Shown here piece by piece: positions 26,750 through 40,390 of a stretch of DNA of 64,000 nt (positions are counted from its first letter, which is position 1; each line of letters starts with the position of its first letter). Under the pieces are notes generated by a model. That model searched no databases. It was not told the origin of the DNA and saw only the letters and a program-made list of their open reading frames with translations. Location: assembly GCF_009914755.1 (NCBI RefSeq), contig NC_060939.1. One strand, given 5' to 3'. The stretch comes from the human T2T-CHM13v2.0 reference genome, Homo sapiens. The position numbers were made by a program, and so were the translations under genes.

Positions 26750-27830
26750 GTTCTGAAGAACATTTACGTCGTAGAATGGTTAAAGCCATCTTCTAGTACA
26801 TTTCTGAGGGTGAGGATGGTCTTGCAGACCTGATACAGTTTTTCAATTCCCTCTCATCCAAAACCCTGTTAGCTCTCTTGAACAAATGCAGCTGACTCTT
26901 TAAACAATCCATAGAAGCCTATTAATTTCTAGTTCCTAATTTTTAATATCTCTTTTAGCAATAGGATCATGCAAACTGAAGAAAACAGTGTTATTGAAGT
27001 ACTCCAGAGCTTAAAAGAACTTCTTGAGTACATTAAAGAAAATATTGACCAAAAATTATCCCTTTAAGTGTCAAGGCTGTTCTTAAAAAAACAATATTAC
27101 TTAAGAACGGGAAAATAAATTCCTACTTAAAGTGGATAATTATTATGGCACTTGCCATGACTATCTTTTGAAATGGTATCAGCCCTTGGAGAACTCTATT
27201 CTTTTACATGGACTTCTGGCCTGTGAGCAAGTGAAGTTTTTATATGTAGCATTGAAGAAGAGGAAAATAAAAGTTGATATCAATGCTCTTTTTTGTCAGT
27301 GGATTATTTAAAAGTTGTTGATGAAGAGATGCAATGTAATCCTAAAGAGTAGGAAAGCAATACCATGAAAGATGGTATTATATACTTCAACAAATCATAT
27401 TTGAAGAGAAGCTCTCTGGGTTGTTAACTTTATGCCAGTACATGCCCAGTATACCGGCTCATCATGCTAATGTTGCGTATGTTTTCTCATTAATGAAGGT
27501 TCAGTGGACAAAAGAATAAAGTGAGTTGCATATGATAACTGTAGAAGCTGTGTTGCAATGTAAATGGAACTTAGACTGTAACTGTAAGGAATTTTATAAG
27601 CACATTCTACGAAACAAAGAACCATTAATGAGAGCCAAATCATTGGAGAAATACAATTAAAGAGGTATGTAATTTAGATACTGATATTTTATTTCAAATA
27701 AACAAGTAATTGTTAAAGTATGTTCTGTACAATATTTTCTTATTATCTGAGTGCATATATGCATGGACAATTAGAAATTCTGATGTAATTAGGCATCCTG
27801 TATTTTTATTTGCTAAGTCTGACAACCCTT
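26750..27830 (+). mobile_element. hAT DNA transposon fossil: transposase C-terminus plus MER53-like right end
   Basis: 27361-27660 reads YHERWYYILQQIIFEEKLSGLLTLCQYMPSIPAHHANVAYVFSLMKVQWTKE*SELHMITVEAVLQCKWNLDCNCKEFYKHILRNKEPLMRAKSLEKYN*, matching the hAT dimerisation motif SIP-x-x-x-A-x-x-ER-x-FS; terminus catcctgtatttttatttgctaagtctgacaaccct. Confidence 0.8.
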
Positions 27831-29798
27831 GACACATAGGTTACTTGTCCAGAGACGCAGCTAGTAAGTGACTGAGCCAGGATTTAGCAGCACAAAACGG
27901 ACTAAGACAAGTATATGAGAAGGACAGGGTGATGGCAGCATCATGTAAGATAAATACATCCTCATCTACCATAAGATGCCATGAATTTTTGTATTAAATA
28001 AATGAATCGAGAGATATAAAGACATTGCATTGTTTCAACATGCTCTGAAACATGCCTGCCACTAATTACCTGTTCCCATCAATGGATTATCTTCCATTTT
28101 AATAGTTAGTTGCTTTCTCCCTGTCTCTGAGTGCTGTGTCCTGTCCTGTGTTCTCCTGTGTCCTGCTAGTACTACTACAGAGTTAATTATCAAATATTTA
28201 ATGAGTTCCGGTTACAAGTCAGACTCTTTTAATTATACTCCCTTTGACAGAAAACAGTTACCTCCTGATGGGATCAGAGTTGAAACATGGGTTTCTTCTC
28301 CCCTCCATCCCTCATTCACGCACACCAAATCACCCTACAGGGAGCAGGTAAAGGATCCAGACATCAGAGACAGCCCCAGCGATGGAAGGGGTCATTCTTT
28401 CCTCTTCCTGGAGCCTCAGTCCTGGTCTTCCATACTCTGGCCCCAGGAGCTGTCTGAAGTGCTCTCCTAGAGAGCCAATCCCACTGTCTATTTTTAGTCC
28501 TTAGTTTTATTTGAATATTGTGTAATCTCAGATTGGAGTTGGCCCTCTAACAACCTCAGCCCCAGAGAACCTTCACCAGCTGGGAAAGCTTCCCACCCCC
28601 CAGCAGGAAGGAATTACTCTCAAAAACTCTTACTCTGTATTTCTGTTTTACAGGCTTTACTGTGCTCAGAGAATATCTATATATAAGGTTCAACAACTCT
28701 ACAAGGCAGGCAGCCTGGATATTATCCCCATTCTGCAGATTAGGAACAGAACCATGGAAAGGTTATACGTGGCCATTATGCACTAGTGTAGCCATACCAA
28801 TTGTTAAAAAAAAAAAAAAAAAATCCAAACCAGGTGATAAATAACTGTTGCCCCAAATCTTCTGAGTTATTCTGCTAATAGTTATTCAAGCTTTTGTCCC
28901 AAAGCCTCTCTTTGCCCCTGGCTGTCCTAGACCTTCTCCCAGGACATCCTAGACCTCACTACAATTCACCAACTGAAGAATTAATGCCTAGCACAGCAGG
29001 AATCTTGGGGACCATCCCTCTGATGGGTCAGAACCTGCCGCATATTAGAATATATTTTCATACTTTCCCTGGTTGTATGACTGACCCTAGATTACATGAG
29101 TAAATAACAGAAATAGGAAATTTATACTGAGGCAACTCAGTATAAATTTAATGGGGCAGAGAAATGGACTAAATAAAGCCTGCCTTGGCCAGTGTTTGTC
29201 TTCCCTTAGTCTTCTTCTTAGAACATTTTAACATTACATGTGTTTGAAGCCATCTGATGATAATCCAAATTCTTTTTTAAAGTCTTATAAATATTCATAT
29301 ACCTTCCTCATAATCAAAGGCATAGCTGGAGAGTTAGAGCTGGGCTCTGTTACCTTTACCCTATCAGGGCTAGAGGCTTTGTATTTCCAATATTTAGCTT
29401 ATCATCTGATGCAATGCTCTGGAACAACTCCTAATTATTTCTGATGTCAAGGTGTCAGGAGCTACCAGGTCTCCTCACAGACATTTCCAGTGCTCATAGA
29501 GGCAGGTGTGTGACAAATCACATGCACCCACAGGAAGAAAACATAACCAAATGAAACATGAAAGAACACACATGTCTGAATTGGGGATGAAGATCACATC
29601 CCCACTTCTCCTCTAAATAATGCCTTCTTGCTTATCCTTGTGTCTGGGTTATTATGATGATGGAAGTGAAGTTTAGCTAGGATGCGGTTGTGAGGAGTTT
29701 TCAATATGGCACATGGGCTTTCGGCTACATTAAACCTGTGACAAAAAGCGCTCATTTGAGTCAGGCTGTCACTGTAGCTAACCATGCATCCAGTGAAG

Positions 29799-29874
29799 TT
29801 TCCTAAATTGTTGCAAGCTGAACTGATCAACTCATGAGTCCTAAGATCAGTTCAGCTTGCAACAGTTTAGGAAA
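29799..29874. repeat. Near-perfect inverted repeat (30-bp arms, 16-nt spacer)
   Basis: tttcctaaattgttgcaagctgaactgatc-aactcatgagtcctaa-gatcagttcagcttgcaacagtttaggaaa; one mismatch (U.G wobble on the + strand). Confidence 0.95.
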
Positions 29875-29989
29875 GGACTCCAGAGGCCACAACCACTAAT
29901 GCAGATGTGGAACGGGCTCTTGAAACCCCCAGAGGTGACCAGCAGAACCATAGCCAGACTCAGACTAAAAAGGGCATAAAGCACTACTT

Positions 29990-30690
29990 TAGATACCGCA
30001 TATAAGAGGAATCATATAATGATTGTCGTTTTGTGACTGGCTTATTTCATTTAACATCTTCAAGTTTCATCCATGTTGTAGCATTTACAGAATTTACAGA
30101 ATTTCCTTCCTTTTTAATGCTAAAAATATTCCACTGCATGTATATACTACATTTTGGTTATCCATTCATGCATCAATGAATATCTGGGTTGCTTCTATCT
30201 CTTGGCTATTTTGAATGATACTGTTATGAACATGGGTGTGCAAATATCTCTTTGAGACACTGCTTTCAATTGTTTTGGATATACACCCAGAAGTGAGATT
30301 GCTTGATCACATGGTAGTTCTATTTTTAATATTTTGAGGAATCACAATAGTTCATTAATTTTGATTGCTGAACAATGTTCTGTGGATATACTATATTTTG
30401 TTTATTCATACATCAGTTGATAGACATTTGACTTGTTACCACTTTTTGCCCATTAAAAGCGATGCTGCTACGAACATTCATGGGCAGGTCTTTGTGTGGA
30501 CATATGTCTTTATGTCTCCTGGGTAGTTACGAGTGGAATTTCTGAGTTGTATGATAAATTTATCTGTAACTTTTAAAGAAATAGACACACTATTTTTCCA
30601 GAGCGGCTGCACCATTTTGCATTCCCACCAGCAATATATGAGGGTTCCCATTTCTCCACACCTTTGCTAACACTTGTCTGTCTTTTTCAT
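29990..30690 (-). mobile_element. L1M (L1MB/ME-like) 3' fragments
   Basis: ttgtgactggcttatttcatttaac, gatatacacccagaagtgagattgct, cattttgcattcccaccagcaatatatgaggg. Confidence 0.75.
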
Positions 30691-30699
30691 TACTGGCTG

Positions 30700-30770
30700 A
30701 AAGTCTCAAGAAAGACTGTGCACTCAGGATCATCTTTATGACTAAGTTTACAGTTTCTAGGAAACACAGA
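30700..30770 (-). ncRNA. MIR8067: microRNA hairpin; mature sequence 30740-30761 matches recalled hsa-miR-8067
   Basis: Minus strand CCTAGAAACTGTAAACTTAGTC, matched to miR-8067 from memory; folds with downstream ...ATGATCCTGAGTGCACAGTCTTTCTTG (AGAAA-CUGU/ACAG..UUUCU, ACUUAG/CUGAGU, UCAU/AUGA). Precursor limits approximate. Confidence 0.7.
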
Positions 30771-30904
30771 AGGATAGTAGGGCAAGTTTTAAGACATCAG
30801 AGGAAACCAACAGACAAATCCAGAATAAGGGACATTCCATAATGTGTAAGACAATTGAAGCATGGTCTCTTCAAAGAGTCTTTTTTTTTTTACAAAGAAC
30901 TGTT

Positions 30905-31210
<306 letters not shown>

Positions 31211-31930
31211 ACTCTCCTATATTAAAAGAGACTAAAGAGATGTGGCAACCAATGAACCAATGCATGAGTTTTAATTGGATGCTAGTTTCAGAGGGAAAAC
31301 ATCTTTAAGAGATATTTTGGGAACACACAGGTAGACAAAGCAAATGTGGCAAAATATTAGCAACTGTTGAATCTTCCTGTTGGAAATATGCATGTTTATT
31401 ATACTATTCTTGTATGTTGACAATTTTTATGAATAACTTTTTAAAATCTCATTTGAAGACAGACAAAAAATAACTCCAGAGCCAATATATCCTGCTGGGC
31501 AGAAATATCAAGAAAATATCTTTGGTCAGCCAGTATGCTAGCCTCTACTTCTGTCACATTTTCTAAGTCCTCTTCCAGGTATTATTACCTTCTTGTCGGT
31601 AACATCCTTCCTGGAACCCCAGGGATAAGCAATGATGTGACCACTGATCCTCCTTTCCCTCCCACCTCTTTGAGAACTTCAGACAATTTAAAAAGAATAA
31701 ATGGTGACTGAACATAGATAACCCTCTGGGAGAGAATTCTACAGAGTTCTCTCCGACCTCATAATGCAGCGTTCTAGTTGAGAATCCACAAGGTGAAATT
31801 TCCATATTCAGCACACATTCCTTGTCCTGTCCAACCTTTGGCTCATAACTTGTTACTTTTCATGTATTTGTGTATTTGCCCCCCTTACCAACCTCCATGA
31901 GACGGGAATTCATCTTTAAATCGCCTATAG

Positions 31931-32227
31931 GGCCGGGGGCAGTGGCTCGCGCCTGTAATCCCAGCACTTTGGGAGGCCAAGGTGGGTGGATCACCTGAGG
32001 TCAGTATTTAGAGATCAGCCTGGCCAACATGGTGAAACCCCATCTCTACTAAAAATACAAAAATTAGCTGGGTGTGGTGGCACGTGCCTGTAATCTCAGC
32101 TACTCAGGAGGCTGAGGCAGGAGAATTGCTTGAACCTGGGAGGCGGAGGTTGCAGTAAGCCGAGATCGTGCCACTGTACTACAGCCTGGGTGACAGGGCG
32201 AGACTTCGTCTCAATCAATCAATCAAT
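31931..32227 (+). mobile_element. AluSx-like with (AATC)n tail
   Basis: Full dimer. Confidence 0.95.
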
Positions 32228-33124
32228 AACTATAGCATGTAGCATATGTACTGTACACAAAGTAGGTGTAAATATTTCTACTGAATGAGTGAATGAATGA
32301 GTGAATGAATGAATGGATGAAATTCTGAAGTTCGGGGAGGACTTACCCAGGAAGAACACAGTGGGCAACACAGAAGGAGCTGATACAAAGAAGCAGAGAG
32401 ATTTTTCTGAAGATATCTGAAGGTACCGTCTATGTACACATAGATCTTAGAATCGGGAACCAAAGGACACTGAGAGCCCTTGGAAACCATTAACCTTTCT
32501 TGCCCGCCCGCAGCACAGCTGGTGTAAGCTCTTTCGACTCAGTGAGAAATATCCCTTTCTTAGCTTTGAGGACAATGCTTGTTTTTCCCATTCATTAAAA
32601 TGCATACACCTGCAAAAATCAATTTTTTTTGATGATGGTGCAGTCAGGATCGGAACACCATTAAACTGTTCCTGCTGCTGCTAATTAGAATTAACTCATT
32701 AGCACAGAGGGCTAAGCTGGAGGTGCCAACAGCTCAGCTTCCTGCTTCACCTCTCTCTCTGCTGACAGACCAGGAAGGAAATGAAATATACTTAGTTGAA
32801 ACGATCTAGTGGCTTCGCAGGAAACGGGTCTTGCCAGATTTCAGGGCCTTCTGCTCTTCACTGACCTGGAAGAAAAGAGTTCCACTCATGAATTCTAAGG
32901 AAATTTATCCTCAAAATGGGAACTTGGAAGAGACAACCAGAAAACACCAGTACTTATAACGCTCTTTGGAAGACGTCACTCATCTGGGTCAGGCGCAGTC
33001 GTTCTAGCTTAACTCATGTACACTGGTAACCTAGTGCTCCCAGGCCTTGCGGAGCAGTCCTGCACAAGGCCCTTAGGAGACGGAGGTTACAGGAAAGGCC
33101 GGCAGCTTTATTTTGTAAGACTAG

Positions 33125-33143
33125 CAGAGCCACCTTGTGGTTG
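33125..33143 (-). promoter_or_regulatory. Candidate CTCF motif
   Basis: Minus strand CAACCACAAGGTGGCTCTG resembles the CTCF core CCASYAGRKGGC; lies in a non-repeat, relatively CpG-containing patch. Confidence 0.35.
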
Positions 33144-34697
33144 CTTTAGAAAATTGTGTTTGAGACTGCGGTCTCAAACACTAGAAACAGCATTAAATGA
33201 TGACCCCAGAGGCAGGAGACGCAAAAAGGAGGAAAGCAGCCAGTATTACCAAGGAAACTTGGAAGCAGAGATAGTAGCATTAAAAAAATTAGTTCTGTTG
33301 ACAACTATGTTTAAGCAATTTTGAGTTAAAGTTAAAACAACTTCCTCCTCAGACCCTCTAAGATGTTCTCATTGATTGTGAAGCTCTAACAGCAGTATAT
33401 TCAGCAGTATTTTAAGGATTAGTATGTGTGATCTGAATTTGATAAACACTCTTTAGAGCCACATGGTGAATTACACAAAAATCACACCTGTCAGTACATG
33501 AAAATGTTCCTCCATTATTAGAGAAATCTAGTTACTAGAAAACAGTAATGTTCTTTGATGACACTAGCCTGGAAGGCTCAAGTGTGGATTCTTTCAGCTG
33601 TACAGTTCCTTCAGGTGTATTTGATCTAATTCAAGCAGGGCATTCCCTTCCAACACTCCTGAAAGATGGTCACACAGGCAGTGGCTGACAATGCCGCGGG
33701 CCCCAGCATGTTTGGAGCTCATCAATGTGAAGTGACTCATTCCCTCTGTGTTCAACTCTGTAGGAATTTCTTATATTGGGCTGAAGTCAGCCTCTATGCC
33801 TTACATGAATTGGTCTTAGTTCTGCTATTTGAAGCTCCACAGAGTGACTAATCTTTTTCCTTCATGACAATCTTTCAGGAATTTGAAGAGTTGTTATGTC
33901 ATCTCATCTCAAAATCATCTCCAAGGAAAGCTACCCCAGCATTTTCTATCACCTATAATAGTACCTGGATGTGGTTTTCAGACTCTTCAACCTCCTGGTT
34001 ACCCTCCTAAAAGCACTTCCTCTGCCTCAGTGTCCCACTTAAAAAGTGTGTGACTTGGAATTGGATACAGCACTTCAGAGCAATGGGCAGTGGGACTACC
34101 CCGATATTATATACACAGAGAAAATATTTAATGAACTCTATAATTTTATCAAGGTGTTGAGCTTTTTGAGCACCAACATCTTGAGTAAAAAAAAAAAATC
34201 TTTTTACATAGTTGCTAAGCCAGGATTCCCACATTCTCTATGTTTGTACGTACATTGTTTTTTATAACATAAATGTCACACTTCATTCAGTCCTACTTAA
34301 TTCAATTGGTGGTAACCCATCACTTTAGCTTCTGGAGATATTCTTCCCAACCACTGATTTATCTATTTGTTCACCCTTCCATTCATTCAATAAAGATTTA
34401 TTGAACAGCTTTTATGTATTAATCATTTCTTAGGCTCTGGGGATTCAAAGACAGTGTCTGTTGCAAAGGAGCTTACTACCATCTAGTAAGAGAGCATTGG
34501 TAATTGTTTCTATAATGTCACTGGGTCCTATAGTTGTCACTGGAAACCTTTCTCCAAAATTAGACTGACCCACACCACAACTGTTTAGTTGGGGTACTTC
34601 TAGCAGATAAAACTTTATCTGAAGTTATCATGAGAAATTTATCAGTTGTCTTGCTGAAAACAAGATTAGGCCTACACTATTAAACCAGTAAAATGTT

Positions 34698-35010
<313 letters not shown>

Positions 35011-35895
35011 TCAAAATGGATCAAACCCTAACATTAAATGCAGACACAAGTCAATTTAATTGTATATCAAATTGCTAACATAACACCAGAGAAAGTATAA
35101 TCAATTCAAGTAATTTTTGAAAATAACATAATCTAAGTGAGTAACATCTTGTGGCCACAAATAACTGCAAAAAATCTTGAATTCACATAGTAGGTTTGTT
35201 GTTAGTAAAGCAACAAGTATAATTCTGAAACTATTTTGTATATAATTGCAGGATAAAACAAATAAATATATTGATATTTTGGAGAAGAAAATATCAAGCC
35301 TCTCACTGTAGGAGAATTTGGAATGAGTGTAGATGAAAAAGAACCCTGTAGTATTGGATTTGAATTGGAGATGTAATATAAAATCAATATTTTTAAAAAA
35401 TATAGCATATACTGCAGGTATACCCACTGAAAGGGCTTCAAAGCAATGATATCCCAGTAACTGGGGCACTTGCAAGCATCATGACACTTCACCTCTGCAT
35501 GTTTCGGCATGTATCTCCCAAGAACAAAGATATTCTCCTAAGGAACCACAATATCATTATGACATATAAGGATTTAATATTGATTCCTCTTTAAAAAGAA
35601 TCAGGGCTTTTTAGAGCAATGGATGATTCCAGGAAAGTATAAGATGAGCCTGGAAAGTCTTACAATTCTAGAAGGTGAGGATACGTTCAAAGACTGATGG
35701 AGACATGCCAAAAGGACACAAGAGCCAGGTTCAGGAGGCTCCCATGGTCAACTTCAGGGCAGTTTGAGCACCAAAATCAATAATGAAGTAAAGGATTATA
35801 ATGGACTAGATAAAAAGGAATCCATTTGTGTAGATACTATAAAACCGGGCTGGAGGGGAAGAGAAGAGATTCTTTTTTACTAAAGAATATCAGTT

Positions 35896-38800
35896 AATTT
35901 CCTAAGCACATAGATCATTCTCAAGGATAAACCATATGTTAGGTCACAAAACAAGTCTTAAAAGATCCAAAAATTGAAATTTGTCAATCATCTTCTCTGA
36001 CCACAATGGAATAAAACTAGAAGTTAACAACAAGTGGAATTTTGGAGACTATACAAACACATGAAAATTAAACAATATGCTCCTGAATGACCAGTGGGTC
36101 AGTGAAGAAATTAAGAAGAAAACTGAAAAATTTCTTAAAACAAATGATAATGGAAACACAACATACCAAAACGTAGCAAGTAAAGCAAAAGCAACAATAC
36201 TAAGAGGAAAGTTTATAGCTATAAATGTCTACATCAAAAAAGAGGAAAAACTTCAAATAAACAATCTAATGATTCATCTTAAAGAAGTAGAGAAGCAAGA
36301 GTAAACCAAACTTAAAATTAGTGGAAGAAATAAACATCAGAGCAGAAGTAAATGAAACTGAAATTTAAAAATAAAAAAAATCAATTAAACAAAAAGTTGG
36401 TTTCTTGAAAAGTTAAATAAAATTGACAAACCTTTAGCCAGACTAAGAAAAAGAGAGAGAAGATCCAAATAAAATCAGAAATGAAAAAGAAGACATTACA
36501 ACTGATACTGCAGAAATTTACAGAATCATTAGTGGCTACTGTGATGTGAACAACTATATGCCAATAAATTAGGAAATCCAGAAGAAATGGACAAATTCCT
36601 AGACACACACAACCTATTACGGTTGAACCAGGAAGAAATCCAAAACCTGAACAGACCAATAAGAAGTAATGAAATTGAAGTTGTAAAAAAAGAGTCCCAG
36701 TAAAGAAAAGCCTAGGACCTGATGGCTTCTCTGCTGAATTCTACCAAACATTTAAGGAAGAACTGATACCAATTCTATTCAAACTATTCCAAAAAATAGA
36801 GGAGGAGGGAATACTTTCAAACTCATTCTAAGAGGCCAGTATTAACCTGTTATGAAAACCAGACAAAGATATGCCAAAAAAGAAAAATACAGGCCAATAT
36901 CTGGTAAATATTGATGCAAAAATCCTTGTCAAAATACTAGCAAACCAAATTCAACAATTAGAAAATTCATTCATCATGACCATGTGGGATTTATCCCTGG
37001 AATGAAAGGATGGTTCAACACACACAAATCAATCAATGTGATACATCATATCAACAGAATTAAGGATAAAAACATATGATCATCTCAACTGATGCTGGAA
37101 AAGCATTTGATAAAATCCAACATTCCTTCATGATAAAACCTCTCACAAACTGGGGATAGAAGAAACATATCTCAACATAATCAAAGCCATATATGACAAA
37201 CCTACAGCTAGTATCATACTGAATAGGAAAAAACTGAAAGCCTTTCCTCTAAGATCTGGAACACAACAAGGATGCCAACTGTCATTATTGTTATTCAACA
37301 TAGTACTGGAAATCCTAGCTAGAGCGATCAGACAAGAGAATGATAGTAAAGGGCATCCATATTGGAAAGGAAGAAGTCAAATTATCCTTGTTTGCAGATG
37401 ATAAGGTCTTATATTTGGAAAAACCTAAAGACTCCACAAAAAAACTATTAGGACTGATAAGAAAACTCAGTAAAGTTGCAGGATACAAAATCAACATACA
37501 AAAATCAGTAGTATTTCTATATGCCCACAGTGAACAAGGGGAAAAAGAAATTTTTAAAAATCTCATTTACAATAGTCACATATATAATTAAATAGCTAGA
37601 AATTTGCTTAACTGAAGAAGTGAAAGATCTCTACAATGAAAACTATAAAACATTGATGAAAGAAATTGAAAAGGACACCAAAAAATGGAAAAATATGCCA
37701 TATTCATGGATTGGAAGAATTGATTATTAAAATGTCCATACTACCCAAGGCAATCTACAGATTCCATGCAATCCCTAGCAAAATACCAATGACACTCTTC
37801 ATAGAAATAGAAAAAAATCATAAAATTTATATGGAACCACAAAAGACCCAGAATAGCCAAAGCCGTCCTGAGCAAAAATAACAAAACTGGAGGAATCACA
37901 TTACCTGACTTCAAATTATACTACAGAGCTATAGTAACCAAAACAGCATGGTACTGGCATAAAAACAGACATAGATGAATGCAGCAAAGTAGAGAACCCA
38001 GAAACAAATCCACACACGTAAAGTGAACTCATTTTCAACAAAGGTGCCAAAAACATGCACTGGGGAAAAGACAGTCTTTTCAATAAATGGTGCTGGAAAA
38101 ACTGGATATCCATATATAGAAGAGTAAAACTAGACCCCTATCTCTCACCTTACACAAAACTCAAATCAAAATGGATTAAAGACTTAAATCTAAGACTTCA
38201 AACCATAAAACTACTACAAGAAAACACGGGGAAAAATCTCTAGGACATTGGTCTGAGCAAAAATTTCTTGAGCAATCCCTCACAAGCACAGGCAACCAAA
38301 GTAAACATAAGCAGATGGGATCACATCAACTTAAAAAGCTTCTGAGCAGATGGGATCACATCAACTTAAAAAGCTTCTGCACAGCAAAGGAAACGATCAA
38401 CAAAGTGACTAGACAACCCACAGAATGTGAGACAATATTTGCAAACTACTCATTTGACGAAGGATTAATAACCAGAATATATGAGGAACTCAAACAACTC
38501 TACAGGAAAAAATCTAATAATCCAATCAAAAGATGAGCAAAATGTCTCAATAGACATTTCTCAGAAGAAGACATACAAATGGCAAACAGGTTTATGAAAA
38601 GGTGCTTGACATCATTGATCATCAAAGACATGCAACTCAAAACAACGAGATATCATCTCACTCCAGTTAAAATGGCTTATATCAAAAAGACAGGCAATAA
38701 CAAATGCTGGCAAGGATGTGGAGAAAAGGGAACCCCTGTACACTGTGGGTGGGAATGTAAGTTAGTACAACCACTATGGAGAACGTTTAGATGTTCCTCA

Positions 38801-39485
38801 AAAAAACACTAAAAATTGAGCTACCATATGATCCAGCAATCCCACTGCTGGATATATACCCAAAGAAAAGAAAATCAGTATATTAAAGAGATATCTGCAT
38901 TCCTATGTTTTTTGCAGCACTATTTACAGTAGTTAAAATTTGGAAGCAACCTAAGTGTCCATCAACAGATGAATGAATAAAAAAAGTTTTACAGATACAC
39001 AATGGAGTACTATTCAGCTATAAAAAAGAATGAGATCCTGTCATCTGCAACAACATGGATGGAACTGGAGATCATTATGTTAAGTGATCACACATTCTCA
39101 CTTATTTGAGGGATCTAAACATCAAAACAATTGAACTCTTGGACTAAGAGAGTAGGATAGTTATCAGAGGCTGGGAAGGGTAGTTGGGGGTTGTGGGGGA
39201 GGTGGGGATTGTTAAGGGGTATAAAAAGTAGAAGGAATAAGCCCTACTATTTGATAGCACAACAGGGTGACTATAGTAAATAATAACTCTACATTTTAAA
39301 ATAACTTAAAGAGTGTAATGGGATTGTTTGCAACTCAACGGATAAATGCTTGAGGAGATGGATAACCTATTCTTCATGATGTGCTTATTTCACATTGCAT
39401 GCCTGTATCAAAACACCTCATGTGCCCCATAAATATATACATCTATTATGTGCCCACAAAAATAAAAAATAAAGCAATATTTTAA
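35896..39485 (+). mobile_element. 5'-truncated L1MA1/2-like LINE (about 3.6 kb) nested in an older L1M
   Basis: Degenerate ORF2 ([19 protein letters not shown]; [12 protein letters not shown]), L1MA-type 3'UTR, 14-bp TSD aaagaatatcagtt (35882-35895 / 39486-39499). Confidence 0.93.
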
Positions 39486-39739
39486 AAAGAATATCAGTTC
39501 ATAAATGTAGAAAAAGAATTTTCTTAAATACTTATTTTGCAATCACCAGTGTAATAATTAATTCAGGGAAATATTATTCAGAGATGCCAAAGCCACTGAG
39601 TGAAATAAAATAGAATATGCACATGACCTCAAGGTATTGCCCACAAATATATTATCTGTTGATGACAGAGGTAAAAAGGAATATTTACAATAGAAAGAGC
39701 TGGTGGACACCACTGTACCATATAATTAGCATCACCCTA

Positions 39740-40385
39740 CCATAAGATTCCATTACACATCTACTAGAAAGGTTAAAATTTAAAAGACTGACAATACTGA
39801 GTTCTGGCAAGGATGTGGTACAACTAGAATTTTCATGTATTGCTAGTGGGAACGCAAAATGGTACAGCCACTGAAAAAAATAGTTTAGCAGATTCTTATA
39901 AAGTTAAGAACACATTTACTATACAACCCAGTAGTCCCATTCCTAAGTATTTATTCAAGAGAAATGTAAATAGGTCTACACAGAGGTCCACAGGAGCTTG
40001 ATTCATAACTAAAAGCTTGAAACAACCCAAATGTCCATCAACTGTTGGTGAATAAACATCTTTTGCTATATGCATACAATGTAATGCTAATCAACAAAAA
40101 GGAACGAACTATTGATACATGCAACAGCATGGGTAAATCCCAAACTTATTATGCTAAATGGAAGAAGCAAGATACAAAAGGTTACATAGTGCATGATTCC
40201 ATTTATTTTACATGAATGAAAAGTCAAAACTACACTGGCAGAAATTGATTCTGTGGTTTCCTGGATTTGGGGGTGTGAAGAGGGGATTGAGTACAAAGGG
40301 GCATGAGAACTTTTGGGGACGGTAGAAATATTTTCCATCTAGATTGAAGTGATAGTTAGGCAACCATAAGCATTTATTAAAAAGT
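39740..40385 (+). mobile_element. Ancient L1M 3' end fragment
   Basis: aaagactgacaatac...ggcaaggatgtgg, aacaacccaaatgtccatcaac, gcatgattccatttat. Confidence 0.75.
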
Positions 40386-40390
40386 CATGG

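Noticed and set aside
36077-38812. Series of plus-strand ORFs resembling a multi-exon gene
   Set aside because: Decayed L1MA ORF2 bounded by TSDs
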